NCBI RefSeq assembly: GCF_006345805.1
Contig: NC_043012.1
Span: 11,718,001-11,782,000, forward strand
Reading direction: 5' to 3'
DNA length: 64,000 nucleotides
DNA from: Octopus sinensis
Taxonomy: Eukaryota
This document shows, in pieces, positions 39,809-52,432 of the stretch (the stretch's first letter is position 1; each line of letters begins with the position of its first letter). The position numbers were made by a program, and so were the translations under genes. The notes below the pieces were generated by a model. That model was not told the DNA's origin. It made no database searches and saw only the letters and a program-made list of their open reading frames with translations.

Positions 39809-39965
39809 GTGACGGTAGTCCTACAGTTTTCTGGGATTTCACTGGATGGCCGTTTATCCCGCAAAATAAAGGTCTTGAGCAACCTAAAGTCTTGACACCT
39901 CATTGTATTTCACACCTGACACCAAACGTTAAATTTATTTTGTTGTTGAGAAATCCAATTGAAAG
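39809..39965 (+). CDS. CHST15: CHST15-like, coding exon 4 (start of 3'-PB motif)
   Basis: Acceptor tttcag. Encodes CDGSPTVFWDFTGWPFIPQNKGLEQPKVLTPHCISHLTPNVKFILLLRNPIE-R. Donor AG|gtaaga, phase 2. Confidence 0.95.
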
Positions 39966-40253
39966 GTAAGAACCAAAAAAAAAAGAAACAATTAAGAAAG
40001 TAAAAAGAAAGCAAACTTTTAATTGATATTATTAATTTCTTGTATCATTTCATTATAAGTTTATTTGGTTAATAAGTCATATATGCAACAGATTGGCATA
40101 CAAAAAACATGCAGGGTATTCCATAGATTTCCAAACAAGGCGAGTAATTATCCTCTAACATGACTGCCAACGAAAAAGTATGTAAACTAATATTGAATAG
40201 TGACTTCATTATTACCTGAAGTTCAGAAACACGGGACTTTATGTATGTATGTG

Positions 40254-40316
<63 letters not shown>

Positions 40317-40577
40317 GTGTGTGTGTGTGTGTGTGTGTGTGTAATTGATTAATGTATCCATTAATCAATTAATGTCGTAGGTCAACCAACTCGTTGAAAT
40401 GTAACTCCCTTTTGAGAAATTTCATCATTGATTAATTAGTTTAATTCCTGTAATTGAACTAATTGGATATGTTAATGGCTGTAGGACAGGAATTTCATTT
40501 TATGGAATTTGAATAACTTTGAATAAACTGATGTGTGCATGTCAATTTCTCAATTTTGTCCCCTTTCTCATACGTAC

Positions 40578-40629
<52 letters not shown>

Positions 40630-41769
40630 CAACAACAGATGGATAGTGTGTCAATTCACTACAGCTGTTTCCAACGAATTTTTATATGATTAATGGAGAT
40701 ATTACATCGTTAGAAAAAAGGTGAATACATGGGCCACAGCACTCAAAAGCATTCAAGAGCCAACAGCATGTGCAACTTCATGATTCTGTGACCTTTGCTG
40801 CTCATAGGAAGAATCTGTTAGTTAAGATAAGTAGTATTACAGTTGAAGAAAACGCGATGTCATGTGTGGGTAAAGTGTACGTAAGATTTATAGCGATGAT
40901 GGAAGTGAAGGGACGTAGTAGAGGGATCGAACAGCAAAGGATGGAATCTTCTCCCTGGTAGGAGTTATGATCCATTTTGGCTAAATCAGGATCATGCGTT
41001 CATAGGCCTGTTTCTATACTGCCTTCCGCTAAAAGTGATATAAACATGCTGAATTTGATTAATGATACCGACAAGCAACCTATGATGCCATCATCCCCCG
41101 TCCCACAGCCTGTAAACTCTTGTGTAGTCCCTAACGACGTTAATCATAATGTGCGAGTTGATGCGCCTAATATAACAAATGACAATGACAACCCTAACAC
41201 TATAAACACAACCGCTGATAGCAGCTATAGTACCTACTTAGACATTAACAGTTTTACTTGCAATAATTTTACTGTTGAGCATAATATCGACTACTAATAA
41301 TAAATGTAATTTTAGGGATGACAACCATTGTCCACTCCAGGGTCGATGTTTACCTAAAAATGTAATATATCGGTGTACTGTTATGACAAACACTACTACT
41401 TTCACTTAAATCGGTTGTTCCGTTGACCAAAAGAACCGACTTCACAACCATCACTCTTTTAAACTTAGACATTATCTATCTGTTGTTATCTATTTACTTA
41501 TAATTCACCTTTCTCAGAACCTGCTTCTCGCATAGATACGAAGTATATTATGGACCGTACATTGAGTACAATGTGCGTTTCCTGATTAGTTCATGGGCTA
41601 GTGATATTCTCACCTGGGTTCAATTAATCACATACACAACCTGAATATCTTTCAGTCTGTACTTCGGTACCCGCGTATGTATTCGTCTATTTTTGTTGTA
41701 CTTATTTTAATTCTCGATCCGACTCGGTGTCTTACCATTTGGGTGCCTGATTCACTTGAATCCTGAACT

Positions 41770-42378
41770 ATTCTTTTCAGTTCGCAATACGCATTCATTC
41801 GTGACTGCTTTTGAGCTTCCGTGAGCAAGCGAGGCACAAATTTTGCAACTATTTTCATTCATAATTCTTCGATCAAAATTCGTTGGCAGGATCTCTAAGA
41901 CACACCAGTCATATCAACAAGTTCGTCAAATGTTCGGTGACGGTCCTCCAAGACCAGTTCCTGAATTTTCATGATGATTTCCTTCGTTCGGGAGATCGAC
42001 GGTCACCTTGAACGAGGCTGGTGTTCAACAAGGGACAAGTGATCATTTCTAAAGCGTGAAAACCACTCGTAAACTTGTGTTTTGCTCATAGCAGCGTCGT
42101 TGGAAGCTGTTTGGTGCATGAAAATTGTTTCGGCCGCTGTTTCCCCCGGCAGAAAACAGAATTTCACGGGAGCATGCTGTTCCTTCGTTCAGGCATCGCA
42201 AAAATCGAGGAACAGGGGAGGAGCATTGCAAAACAAAGACGCACCACGCGGCAGTACTACCTCAAATGACGACGCCGGTCGGCAGACTGATGCCTGGGGG
42301 TTGCATCAAGTGGCTTCTGGTGGTCACATGCTTGTCCCACAGACAACGTTTCCAGTTACTTTTGGATACCCCCTCGTA
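41770..42378 (-). mobile_element. mariner transposon 5' fragment (degraded transposase)
   Basis: TIR tacgagggggtatccaaaagt; AKFVPRLLTEAQKQSR (the WVPHEL-like motif) plus an upstream HTH remnant. Confidence 0.85.
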
Positions 42379-42381
42379 TAT

Positions 42382-42461
<80 letters not shown>

Positions 42462-42563
42462 ATGTGTGTATATATATATGTATTTGTGTATATATATGAA
42501 TATATATACGTGTATATATTTTTATACACACGCACACTTAAACACACCCATTTACACATACAG

Positions 42564-42602
<39 letters not shown>

Positions 42603-42778
42603 CACACATAAATATAACTAAGTGCAGTTTTGGTTATGTGGTAAGGAGATTACCTCCTAGCCCTATATTTCCCGGTTCAGTCCTGCTGTAGTGTACCTTG
42701 GGCAAGTGACTTTACTATAGATCCGGCAGACCAAAGCCTTGTGAGTGGCTATGATAGACACACACTGAAAGAAGCACG

Positions 42779-42807
<29 letters not shown>

Positions 42808-42819
<12 letters not shown>

Positions 42820-42890
42820 CCGCCTTTGCCAGTGATTACAGCTTGAATTCTACAAGGCATGGACTCCTACAAAATTTGAATTGTTTCCAA
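42808..42890 (-). pseudogene. Tc1 transposase C-terminal fragment
   Basis: SMPCRIQAVITGKGGPTLY resembles SMPxRxxAVIxAKGGxTKY. Confidence 0.7.
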
Positions 42891-43102
42891 AGGAAAGATG
42901 AGGACAAATATCGTCAATTGTAAATAATGTAAATAATATATATATATATATTTAAGTAGGTCAATGAATTATCCTATGTTTATCGTCAGCATGGAAAATT
43001 CGTTTAACCGAAACCTGGGTAGCAAATTCACGTCAGAAACACGGTTGAAGCGACCTGTTAAGGGTAGAAACTCCGGGTTCCTGTGCAGAAATTTGTGTGT
43101 TG

Positions 43103-43549
43103 TATATGAATAAATGAAAGAATGGAGTCGAACGAAGATGTTAACAAAATTCCTTTACTCTCGACACATGTTTCGAAGACAGCATGTTTTCATTCCAAAG
43201 GAATAAAGGGTGCATTATGCAATCTTCTCACCAGGAAAGAAAGGGAGCCTCTCTCGACAACAAGACAAACAAAAATTTCAATGATTGCCTACATGGTAAA
43301 CAAAGCGATAATGAGTGTTTTTAATTCTCGATCCGACTCGGTGTCTTACCACTTGGGTGCCTGATTCACTTGAATCCTGAACTATTCTTTTCAGTTCGCA
43401 ATACGCTTTCATTCGTGACTGCTTTTGAGCTTCCGTGAGCAAGCGAGGCACAAATTTTGCAACTCTTCTCATTCATAATTCCTCGACATGTGTCGAGAGT
43501 AAAGGAATTTTGTTAACATCTTCGTTCGACTCCATTCTTTCATTTATTC

Positions 43550-43554
<5 letters not shown>
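43103..43554. repeat. Inverted repeat (69-bp arms) enclosing a hammerhead and a copy of 41705-41872
   Basis: Arms are 43103-43171 and 43486-43554. Segment 43319-43486 duplicates 41705-41872 with about 5 substitutions. Confidence 0.9.
43149..43247 (-). ncRNA. Type I hammerhead-like motif (A6G core variant)
   Basis: The minus strand reads tccctttctttc-CTGGTGA-gaagattgcat...atgctgtcttc-GAAAC-ATGT-GTC-gagagtaaagga. Confidence 0.65.
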
Positions 43555-43600
<46 letters not shown>

Positions 43601-45332
43601 AATCATGGAACGTATAGATATATGTATATCTAATCTAACTTATGGACTTCTTTAATTGGAAACAAGCAAATAATAGTATTTTGTTAAATGCATGATCAAA
43701 ATTGTGAATATGAACGCATTTCTTAAAAGGTTTTGATCATGCTTTCCGCACAAAAAAAGAAAAAGAAAATTGAACCTTTTGTTTGTTTAAAGAACGCTTT
43801 TTATGACAGCAAATTCTGGTAGACCTGCTTTTCTTCTAACAATTTGTCTTTATTCCCTGGCTTAAAGCCACATACAGCTGACTATGCTTGAATAGTGGCT
43901 TCTCAGGATAAAAATTAAGATATTCAGCATGGTCTGTCCTTGTACTTTACATATCGTCATTAAAAAACGTGGTTGTATTGGGAACTGAGTCCGTTGAACA
44001 GTACATCACCTTCTGAAGAGTACCGCTGTACTCTTTCACCACAACTTTCTCTCACACTTTCTTCCTACTTGTGCCACAAAGCAGAGGAACCGTGGTGTAA
44101 CCCACTATAGTGTGGTAAACTTTTAGACCGTAGTTTAGATTGCGAATCCTCTGTACCTCTGGATGGTTCAGCTCTCCAACCGTTAAAAGCCACCGTTTAC
44201 GGAATGAGGATAACAACGTAGCTTTGGCGTCCGTGCAACCGCCAGTCTATCGCGTGTGGTGGATGGATCTTCAAGTTGCCACACGCATTCTTAGTAGCTT
44301 AGAGTAGGCTCGAATTAGAGATTATTCTTTGCGGCTAATGGCGTGAGTCCTGATTGGAAGGAGGAGAAGAAGAAGAACAACAACAGCTCTACTTGACTGT
44401 CATATAGCGACTGACCGTTGGGCCGTTACTATGCTCTGGACTCAGAGTTGTCGATTCAGGATAAATTTTATTGATCAAAATCGTTAGAATTTATGTAAAA
44501 TAGGCAAACAAAATTTGCTTTAACCTTGGAAAGTAAGTTTTATATTACTGGCTTTAAAACGATTAAAACCAAAAATCTGGACGTGGTGGGAAGTTTTACT
44601 GAGTGATTTGCATTTTACACGAAAACCTAGACACGATAGAAAAAATTTAATTACAGATTTGAAATCAGCAAACCGAAATTAGCTAAGAACACTCATTTGG
44701 TCTTCTGTAATAAAATCTTTGTTGCCTTGTATAATTTAAAATGAGGTATGTAAAACATGAAATAATATATATATATATATATGATCTACGCAAAAATGAT
44801 GTGTGTGTGTGTGTGTATTTGTGCGTGTATGTGCTGTATGGTTTTGAGGAGTGTGTGCGCGAGTGTGTGTGTATATGTGTGAGAAAGTGTATGGTGTGTA
44901 TGTACTGTGTAGCTGGGTGAGTGTGTGAGCTATATGTATATGTGTGTGTGAGCGAGAAAAAGAGAGAGTGCTTGTGCGAGAGAACGTGTGTGCCTGTGTA
45001 TTGTGTGTGTATATGTGTGTATGTGCTGAAATGAGGGCTGCACTCCATCGAAATCTGAACCGATTTGGCTACCGTGCTTGGCTGGGTAAGATCAGTGATC
45101 ACTGATGAAAAGAAGATTCGAACCAAAGGGACTGCAGAAATGTTAGTAAAGAGCTGCCTAGAGGTTCTAGGAGAGACAAAGGAATGACCCCTTAAAGAGG
45201 TCACGAAAGGCTAGGTCAAACATACCCATAAGCACAAACGCACATACAAGAAAGTACGCGGATTTACACAGACAATCACACAAGCACGCAACGTTAGCAT
45301 GCGCACGTACATACGCACACACACACTCACAG

Positions 45333-45407
<75 letters not shown>

Positions 45408-46490
45408 ATTCTTTTATTCTTTTGCTTGTTTCAGTCATTTGACTGCGATTATGTTGCAGCACCGCCTTAAAGGATTTTAGGCGAAGAAATCGACCCCAGG
45501 ACATATTCTTTGTAAGCCTAGTACTTATTTATCGGCCTCTTTATTGCCGAACCGCTAAGGTTACGGGGACATAAACACACCAGCATCGGTTGTCAAGCGA
45601 TGGCGAGATGGAGGAACAAACATAGACACACGCAAACATAAACACACTCACACACACACACAGGACGAGCTTCCACTCGCAAGGTTTTGGTCGGCCCAAG
45701 CCTATAGTAGAAGACACCTGCCCAAGGTGCCACGTAGAGGGACTGAACCTGGAACCATGTGGTTGGGAAGCATGCTTCTTTACCGCACAGCCACGCCTGT
45801 GCCTACTTACATATTGGACCTGAATTTTTTTATTCGTAAAATGCACATTTTTTAAAAGGAGGTGCAAAATCTGAAAATCGGCTATAATAATGTAGTCTTC
45901 CAGTATCATTGCTATGAAGGTATGATGTTGTGAAGAAAAAAACATTGAAGGAAAGAGTTACAGACAAATTTTCTGCGGTTAGCGGAGCGGTGTCATGTTG
46001 AAAGTTGTACCCAGTGAAATTTACAGGGATGTAAACTCACCAACACCGGTTGTCAAGCCGTGGTGGGGACAAACAGAAAGATGCACACACACGCACACAC
46101 ATACACATAGGACGGGGTTCTTTCAGTTTCTGTCTACTAAATCCACACACTAAGGATTTGGTCGGCTTGAGGCTATAGTAGGTGACACTTACTCATGGTG
46201 TCACGCAGTGAGACTCAATCCGAAGCCATGCCACAGAGCCACGCCTGCGCATAAATATAGTAGCAAATACTGTATTGCGACCAATGTGAACATCGTGTCC
46301 ATACGGGATATTCGCGGACAATTGTTTTCTTTTTTTATGCCAAGTTATAGCACACACACACACACATACACACATACACACAAGCACGCACGTACACACA
46401 CACACAAGCATGCACGCGGGAACACACACACACAGGCACACACGTACACAAGCACGCACATACACACAGGCACACACGTACATAAGTACG

Positions 46491-46525
<35 letters not shown>

Positions 46526-46630
46526 AGAAACACACACGTATCATATACATATTATCACCGAGCGATCATGTGACCGAGTTAATCATGTATTGATCCGAGG
46601 GCCGGATAATTGTATAATTGAGTAAGATTA

Positions 46631-47674
46631 TACTGGACAATTTTTTCTTCATTTTTCTATTTTATAAGATTTTTTTTCTGATTCTAATTTTTTTTGTGTG
46701 CTAATTTCAAGTCTGTAATCGGTTTTTCTCTCCATGTTCTAGTTTTCTAGCAATTTGAAGATTAACATTTATAGTTAAATTAGACGTAATGAAATAATTT
46801 GACATATTGAGATCATTTGACATACAGATATACATATCCTATTTACAAAGAATTGACAATTGTGCTTTTCCAGATCTGATCATGGCTTCTTCAGGTAAAC
46901 ATAGATGTGTGAATAATCCTGATGGCTACTGGTATGTCTGTGGCTCCTTCACCCTTATTCGTCAAAGGTGCAATATCACATTGTCTGTGAGACGGACTTA
47001 TAAAGCCTGTTTGGGAATAGCCCTAGACAACCTAGACAAAGAATGGGTTCCTCATGTTGTGTGTCATAACGAGAGGAAATGTCTAGAGACTGGAGAAAAA
47101 GAAAATAAAAGGGTCTGCAGTTTGGTGTTCCTATGGTTTGGCAAGTGCCCAGGGACCACGCAGGTGACTGTTATTATTTTTTTAATGGTCAACACAAAAG
47201 GCATTGGCAAAAAAAAAAAAAATAGGCGTAAAGTATCATCTCCCAATAATCTTTTAACAATTAGACTTATTATGCACTCCGAGACACTCCCGATTCCAAT
47301 TGGCCTTGGGTTTACCGCTTCCGAAGACGAAGCTAGCAAACAAGTGTACGAGGATGATAACGAAAATCAAGAAATTACTTTCGAATTCCAAGACCCCCTC
47401 TTATGATACCGAAAAAAAAACTCCTGAACAATTTAACCAAACAGAACTGATTTAGTGCGTGATTTGGGACTCTCCAAAACTGCAGTTGAAGTTCTAGAAT
47501 CTAGGCTGTAAAAAAAAAAAAAATCTTGATCTTACCACACAGCCCCTCCTACGCCTAATTGCAAATAATCTAGAGTTTACAGAGAAAAACTAACTTCATA
47601 TCTGAATTCAGCATCCTCGAAGTAAGTAATGCCAAGTCTTGGTATCAATGCAACAAGAATTTTGTTGGCCAGTG
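46631..47674 (+). mobile_element. Chapaev3-like DNA transposon, internally deleted, with a transposase N-terminal remnant
   Basis: Ends (c/t)actggacaa and ttgttggccagtg, TTA TSD. ORF CVNNPDGYWYVCG...TYKACLGIALDNLDKEWVPHVVC resembles the CxNxPDxFCYxCG...LGDQDKxWAPHxxC motif. Confidence 0.7.
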
Positions 47675-47908
47675 TTATTAAATGAGCTATTCTGAAATAT
47701 ATGAATGATTAATGATCGAAAGTACGTGGTTCAGTGTGTTTGTATTTGTTAATGCAGTGTATGTGTGTGTGTATGTGTGTGCTGTTGCGTGAGCTTGTGT
47801 CTGTGTGTGCTTGTATGCATTTGTATATATGTGCGCTTTGTGTGTGTGTGTGTGTGTGTGTGTGAATAAGTAAACTATTAATAAGTTCTTGTTTGATTTT
47901 ATTTCCAG

Positions 47909-48065
47909 ATTATTCTCAGATTACTTGTTTATAAAAAGGAAAAATGTGTCAGTAGAAGATTTCGATAAAGAAGTTAAGAATTCTTGGAATGAGCTTCAGA
48001 AATGCACGGAAACGCTTGATATCCGACTTTGCTTATTTGATAAATCTCTGCATATGAAGACAATG
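47909..48065 (+). CDS. CHST15: CHST15-like, coding exon 5
   Basis: Acceptor tttccag. Encodes RLFSDYLFIKRKNVSVEDFDKEVKNSWNELQKCTETLDIRLCLFDKSLHMKTM (compare RLYSDYLYF...RACVY). Donor ATG|gtaagt, phase 0. Confidence 0.95.
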
Positions 48066-48083
48066 GTAAGTAAAGTTACTATA

Positions 48084-48206
48084 CAGGGTGTCCACAAAGT
48101 CTGGGTACATGGAGTAAAAAAAAATAATAACAAACAATTAAATATAAGAAATAATTTCTTAAAGTATGTGTTAATTCCCATGTACCCAGACTTTGTGGAC
48201 ACCCTG
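48084..48206. mobile_element. Tc1/mariner MITE
   Basis: TIR cagggtgtccacaaagtctgggtacatgg with TA TSD; starts 18 nt into intron 5. Confidence 0.9.
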
Positions 48207-49173
48207 TAGAGATCAATAATGTGACTATACATCGATTTGCTGATTGCCATCAATATTTCAGCAATAACGGTGAAGTTTATCTTCCCCTTATGAATTCATC
48301 ACAAGATAGAAGCTGTAATATTTCTCCCTCGTACTTGTCGGTGCACCTGTCGGTTTACCCATCCCCTATTGCATCGCAAGTACACAACATACATTCATAT
48401 ACTACACAAAGTTCCCAGCTCCTCACACTGAGTCACTTAAATCAACAGACAAGTTGGAGTTCATCAGTTTTTATGTTAAGTGTCCCCGAGAACACACGTA
48501 GCTTCATTCTTTGCCCACCAAACACAACTAGGCTAGTGGGCAACTGAAATAATCTTTCTAGACCTGTCCCTCTGCATCTGAAACACAACGAAGCCTCAGT
48601 ACTCCAATCTCTTCAAGTACATCACTCATAACTGCATTGTAAGTGTTCGAACACAGAACAAGACCTATAACGTTTCGAGAAAACGTCCATCCCATAAAAC
48701 TGGATGGTCTGTATTCAACATCCATCTCTTGAAAGACCATTATATGAACAGCGAAAGGTGGCTTAGTTTCGCTTAGCCATCAAGCTTTCCCGCACCCTAA
48801 ACTGTAGATTTTGGGTTCCTTTCCAAAGAAATCACCACGAACTTTGCAGAAACCTATTTTCCTCCAGTAGCAAATAATCTTTTCTACTCTAGGCACAAGG
48901 CCCGAAATTTTGGGGGAGGGGACCAGTCGACTTAATCCCTTTGTCTGTCCTTGTTTGTCCTGTATGTTTAGCCCCTTGTGGGCAATAAAGAAATAAGAAA
49001 CGTTAGCACACTGAGCAAAATGCTTAGCGGTATTTCGTCTCCCGCTACGTTCTGAGTTCAAATTCCGCTGAGGTCAACTTTGCCTTTCATCCTTTCGGGG
49101 TCGATTACATAAGTACCAGTTAGTTACGCACTGAGGTCGATATAAACTTTTTGCTTCGATTTTTATTTTCCAG

Positions 49174-49321
49174 GTACGTTTACTAATAGGAATGTATTCA
49201 TATTATTTGAGCGAATGGTTCAAGGTTTTCCCACGGCAACAATTTTTGATAATCCGCACTGAAGATTACAAAGCTGATATGAGCGGAACGTTAAAGAAAG
49301 TGTTTGAATTCTTACAGATGG
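49174..49321 (+). CDS. CHST15: CHST15-like, coding exon 6
   Basis: Acceptor ttttccag. Encodes VRLLIGMYSYYLSEWFKVFPRQQFLIIRTEDYKADMSGTLKKVFEFLQM (compare VRLQVGLYAVYLLDWLSVF...QFLILRLED). Donor G|gtaagt, phase 1. Confidence 0.95.
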
Positions 49322-49427
49322 GTAAGTAAATATTCAGTAAAAGAAGTCCCATAAGTGTAGCTTGTCGTGTGTCCTTGTGCCACCATCGACATTTAGTCGT
49401 GCTAATTAGAAGAATCATAAATATTTA

Positions 49428-50005
49428 CAGGTGCGTGACTTAGTGGCAAGGGTGTTCGGCTTACGATCGTAAGGTCGTGAGTTCAAATCCCAACGATGTG
49501 CTGTGTCCTTGAGCAAGACACTTTATTTCACGTTGCTCCAGTCCATTCAGCTGGTAAAAATGAATTGTACATGTATTTCAAAGGGCCGGACTTGTCTTAC
49601 TTGCCACACTTGTGTCACGCTGAATCTCTCTAAGAACTACGTTAAGGGTCCACGTGTTTGGAGAGGCGGCGAGCTGGTAGAAACGTTAGCACGCCGGGCG
49701 AAATGCGTAGCCGTATTTCGTCTGTCGTTACGTTCCGAGTTCAAATTCCGCCGAGGTCGGCTTTGCCTTTCATCCTTTCGGGGTCGATAAATTAAGTACC
49801 AGTTACGCACTGGGGTCGATGTAATCGACTTAATCCGTTTGACTGTCCTTGTTTGTCCCCTCTGTGTTTAGCCCCTTGTGGGTAGTAAAGAAATATACGT
49901 TAAGGATCCACGTGTTTGTGGAGTGCTCAGCCACTTGCAGGTTAATTTCACGATCAGGCTCTTCCGTTGATCACATCAACTGGAACCCTTATCGTCATAA
50001 CCGAC
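49428..50005 (+). mobile_element. SINE family C interrupted by a family B copy (23-bp TSD)
   Basis: tRNA-like head followed by gtgtccttgagcaagacact. TSD tacgttaagg(g/a)tccacgtgtttg at 49638-49660 and 49896-49918. Related antisense copies at about 3436-3928 and 60995-61295. Confidence 0.8.
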
Positions 50006-50727
50006 AACAGATCCTGGTTCCTTGTTTCCTATCCTGAGACCTCTCACTGAAATTCTGCAAAGATCATTGGTGTTGACCGTTTTTATTTACTCATGTAAAA
50101 CCCACTCTGTTGCAAGATTTCAGATCAGGCCTTTATTCGGTACTTTGTTACGTTACTTTCTATTGCAGCAACCGATGAGTTTTTTTCCTTATCTTCCTTC
50201 CTCATCCTTATATCAATCTCGAAAATTCTGCAACCGTTTTGGCTGCTGCCCGTTCTCCTTTTGCTATTCCATACAAAAAAAAAAAAAAAAAAAAAATGTT
50301 ATGATTTATCTTAAGGGGGAAGAAAGCTCAAAAAGACATCTTTTCGTTTCTTGGTTCGACGATTTTATTAAATTCACTTTCTTTCCTCCTTTCTTCCCCA
50401 ATTCAAACATCTGACTCCTTTCGTTCGTAATGCCCTATCCACATTTTGTAGAATGTGAATCTTCGGCTGGTCAATGTTACTCTATTCATTTTTTCATTAT
50501 TTCACTGAGCATCTGTAATAGAGAAATTCAAACACCCACCAATTGGCGTAAGTCGCTTCATGTGTTTTCCATCTAATTGTTCATCTGTAAAAGAGAAGTG
50601 ACACAAACACCTTGCTTCCATCTTTCATTACTCATGAACATTCTACATGGACGACAACTGACTGCGTAATTTCTTTGCCTACTTACCAATGTGCACATAC
50701 ACTTATCCATATATTATCGAACACATA

Positions 50728-51103
50728 AGGCAGCGAGCTGGCAGAAACGTTAGTACGCCGGGCGAAATGCTTAGCGGTATTTCGTCTGCCGAGGTCGACT
50801 TTGCCTTTCATCCTTTCGGGGTCGATAAATTAAGTACCAGTTACGCACTGGGGTCGATGTAATCGACTTAATACCTATGTCTGTCCTTGTTTGTCCCCTC
50901 TGTGTTTAGCCCCTTGTGGGTAATAAAGAAATAGGTATTTCGTCTGCCGTTACGTTCTGGGTTCAAATTCCGCCGAGGTCGACTTTGCCTTTCATCCACT
51001 CGGGGATCGATAAATTTAGTACCAGTTACGCACTGGGGTCGATGTAATCGACTCAATCCGTTTGTCCTCTCTGTGTTTAGCTCCTTGTGGGTAGTAAAGA
51101 AAT
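50728..51103 (+). mobile_element. SINE family B dimer with 19-bp TSD; representative copy
   Basis: Head ggcagcgagctggcagaaacg...gttcaaattcc, core cctttcatcctttcggggtcgataaattaagtacc, TSD atatattatcgaacacata. Further copies at about 6030-7115(-), 9455-9640, 11133-11357(-), 23488-23885, 48880-49140, 49664-49895, 54600-54930, 58383-58612, 60369-60575 and 63040-63250. Confidence 0.92.
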
Positions 51104-51106
51104 ATA

Positions 51107-51635
51107 TATTATCGAACACATATACACAATGTATGTGCTTTGCTTGTTCACCAGTCGGCTGCTATTTTATGCGGTGGAGATGACTGTCTCAAAGCACCGG
51201 ATATTAAAGCACCTAAAAGTCATAGTCATAGACGGACGGGACAACTCATCCCAAGTCCCATTGTGGAACAATGGACATCGATGTTTCGTCATTTTTGCGG
51301 CTTATCAACATCACGTATCTGAGCTGAACCGGGGGGAATTGAATAGCCTCTCCATGACTATATATAAAATATTGTAAAAAAAACTATCTGCTGGTATGCC
51401 CCAAAAATGCATTACGTAGGATTCAATTCAAATATGAACCAGAAGCAGCGTGAGTGTGATAAACATTATCGAACACACATAAGCGAGGCATGTGCTTTGC
51501 TTGTTTGCCGGTTGGCTGCGAAATGATGCAGTGGAGATGACTCTCTCAAAGTACCGGGTGTTAAAACAACTGAAAATCAGTCATACACATGTGAGATAAC
51601 TCATCCATTCAAGAACGATGGACATCAATGCTTTG
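51107..51635 (+). repeat. Old direct duplication (units about 180 bp)
   Basis: 51107-51290 versus 51465-51635 (attatcgaacaca...tgtgctttgcttg...gtggagatgact...atggacatc). Confidence 0.75.
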
Positions 51636-51652
51636 CTTATCCTTTTTTGTGG

Positions 51653-51683
<31 letters not shown>

Positions 51684-51846
51684 GGACTTTTGGATTTTAC
51701 TCAAAGGATATTGGAATATTACACATATATACCATTATGCCTATAAAACGGATTTACGAATTCAATAACCATACATATCTTACATCTAGTTGCTTTCCTC
51801 CACCTCACATCTAAACTAACTATGACTTAATTTTTCCTCTCACAAC

Positions 51847-51901
51847 GTCTCCGATGAAGGGATATTATTATTAATTAATATTCTAGAAATAGCTGTAAGA
51901 C
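51847..51901 (+). ncRNA. Type I hammerhead-like motif in a Penelope pLTR-like remnant (variant core)
   Basis: gtct-CCGATGA-a gggatatt...aatattct a-GAAAT-AGCT-GTA-agac. Differs from consensus by U4C and a U-G pair in stem III. Confidence 0.65.
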
Positions 51902-51969
51902 CTTCTATCTATAAATGCTCTAATATCTATACAACCTTGGTTTTTATTATCTCATTACACAAAAAATTA

Positions 51970-52005
<36 letters not shown>

Positions 52006-52241
52006 TGTATGTATGTATGTATGTGTGTGTGTATGCATGTATGTATGTGTGTATGCATATATGTATGTATGTGTGTGTGTGTGAGTGTGTTTGTGTGTTT
52101 GTATGTGTATGTAGGTAGAAGTACATTACATACGCACTCTTTCTCGAGCATGCTCTTTCTCACTCTTACTCTCTCTCACTCACACATTACAATTTTCGAT
52201 TTTGAATACTAAATCAATTTTTTAAGTTTTATTTCTTCTAG

Positions 52242-52432
52242 ATCCTCTTGAAGAGAAAACGAGGAAGCAAATCGCATCTGGAGATCATGTTTTTGAAAGA
52301 ACTGAGGCTCACAAAAAATTAGGACCGATGTTATTATCAACAAAGAAATTTTTGTATGAAATTTATAGATATTCCATGGAAGAACTTTCTCTGATGCTCA
52401 ACGACAAGCGATTTCTATGGGATGATCTATAA
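52242..52432 (+). CDS. CHST15: CHST15-like, terminal coding exon 7
   Basis: Acceptor tcttctag. Encodes DPLEEKTRKQIASGDHVFERTEAHKKLGPMLLSTKKFLYEIYRYSMEELSLMLNDKRFLWDDL* (compare LGPMWPITQKILRDFY...FAW). Stop TAA at 52430-52432. Confidence 0.93.

Noticed and set aside
46807-47406. 199-aa ORF as a nested host gene
   Set aside because: It is a frameshifted transposase remnant bounded by TIRs and a TSD.
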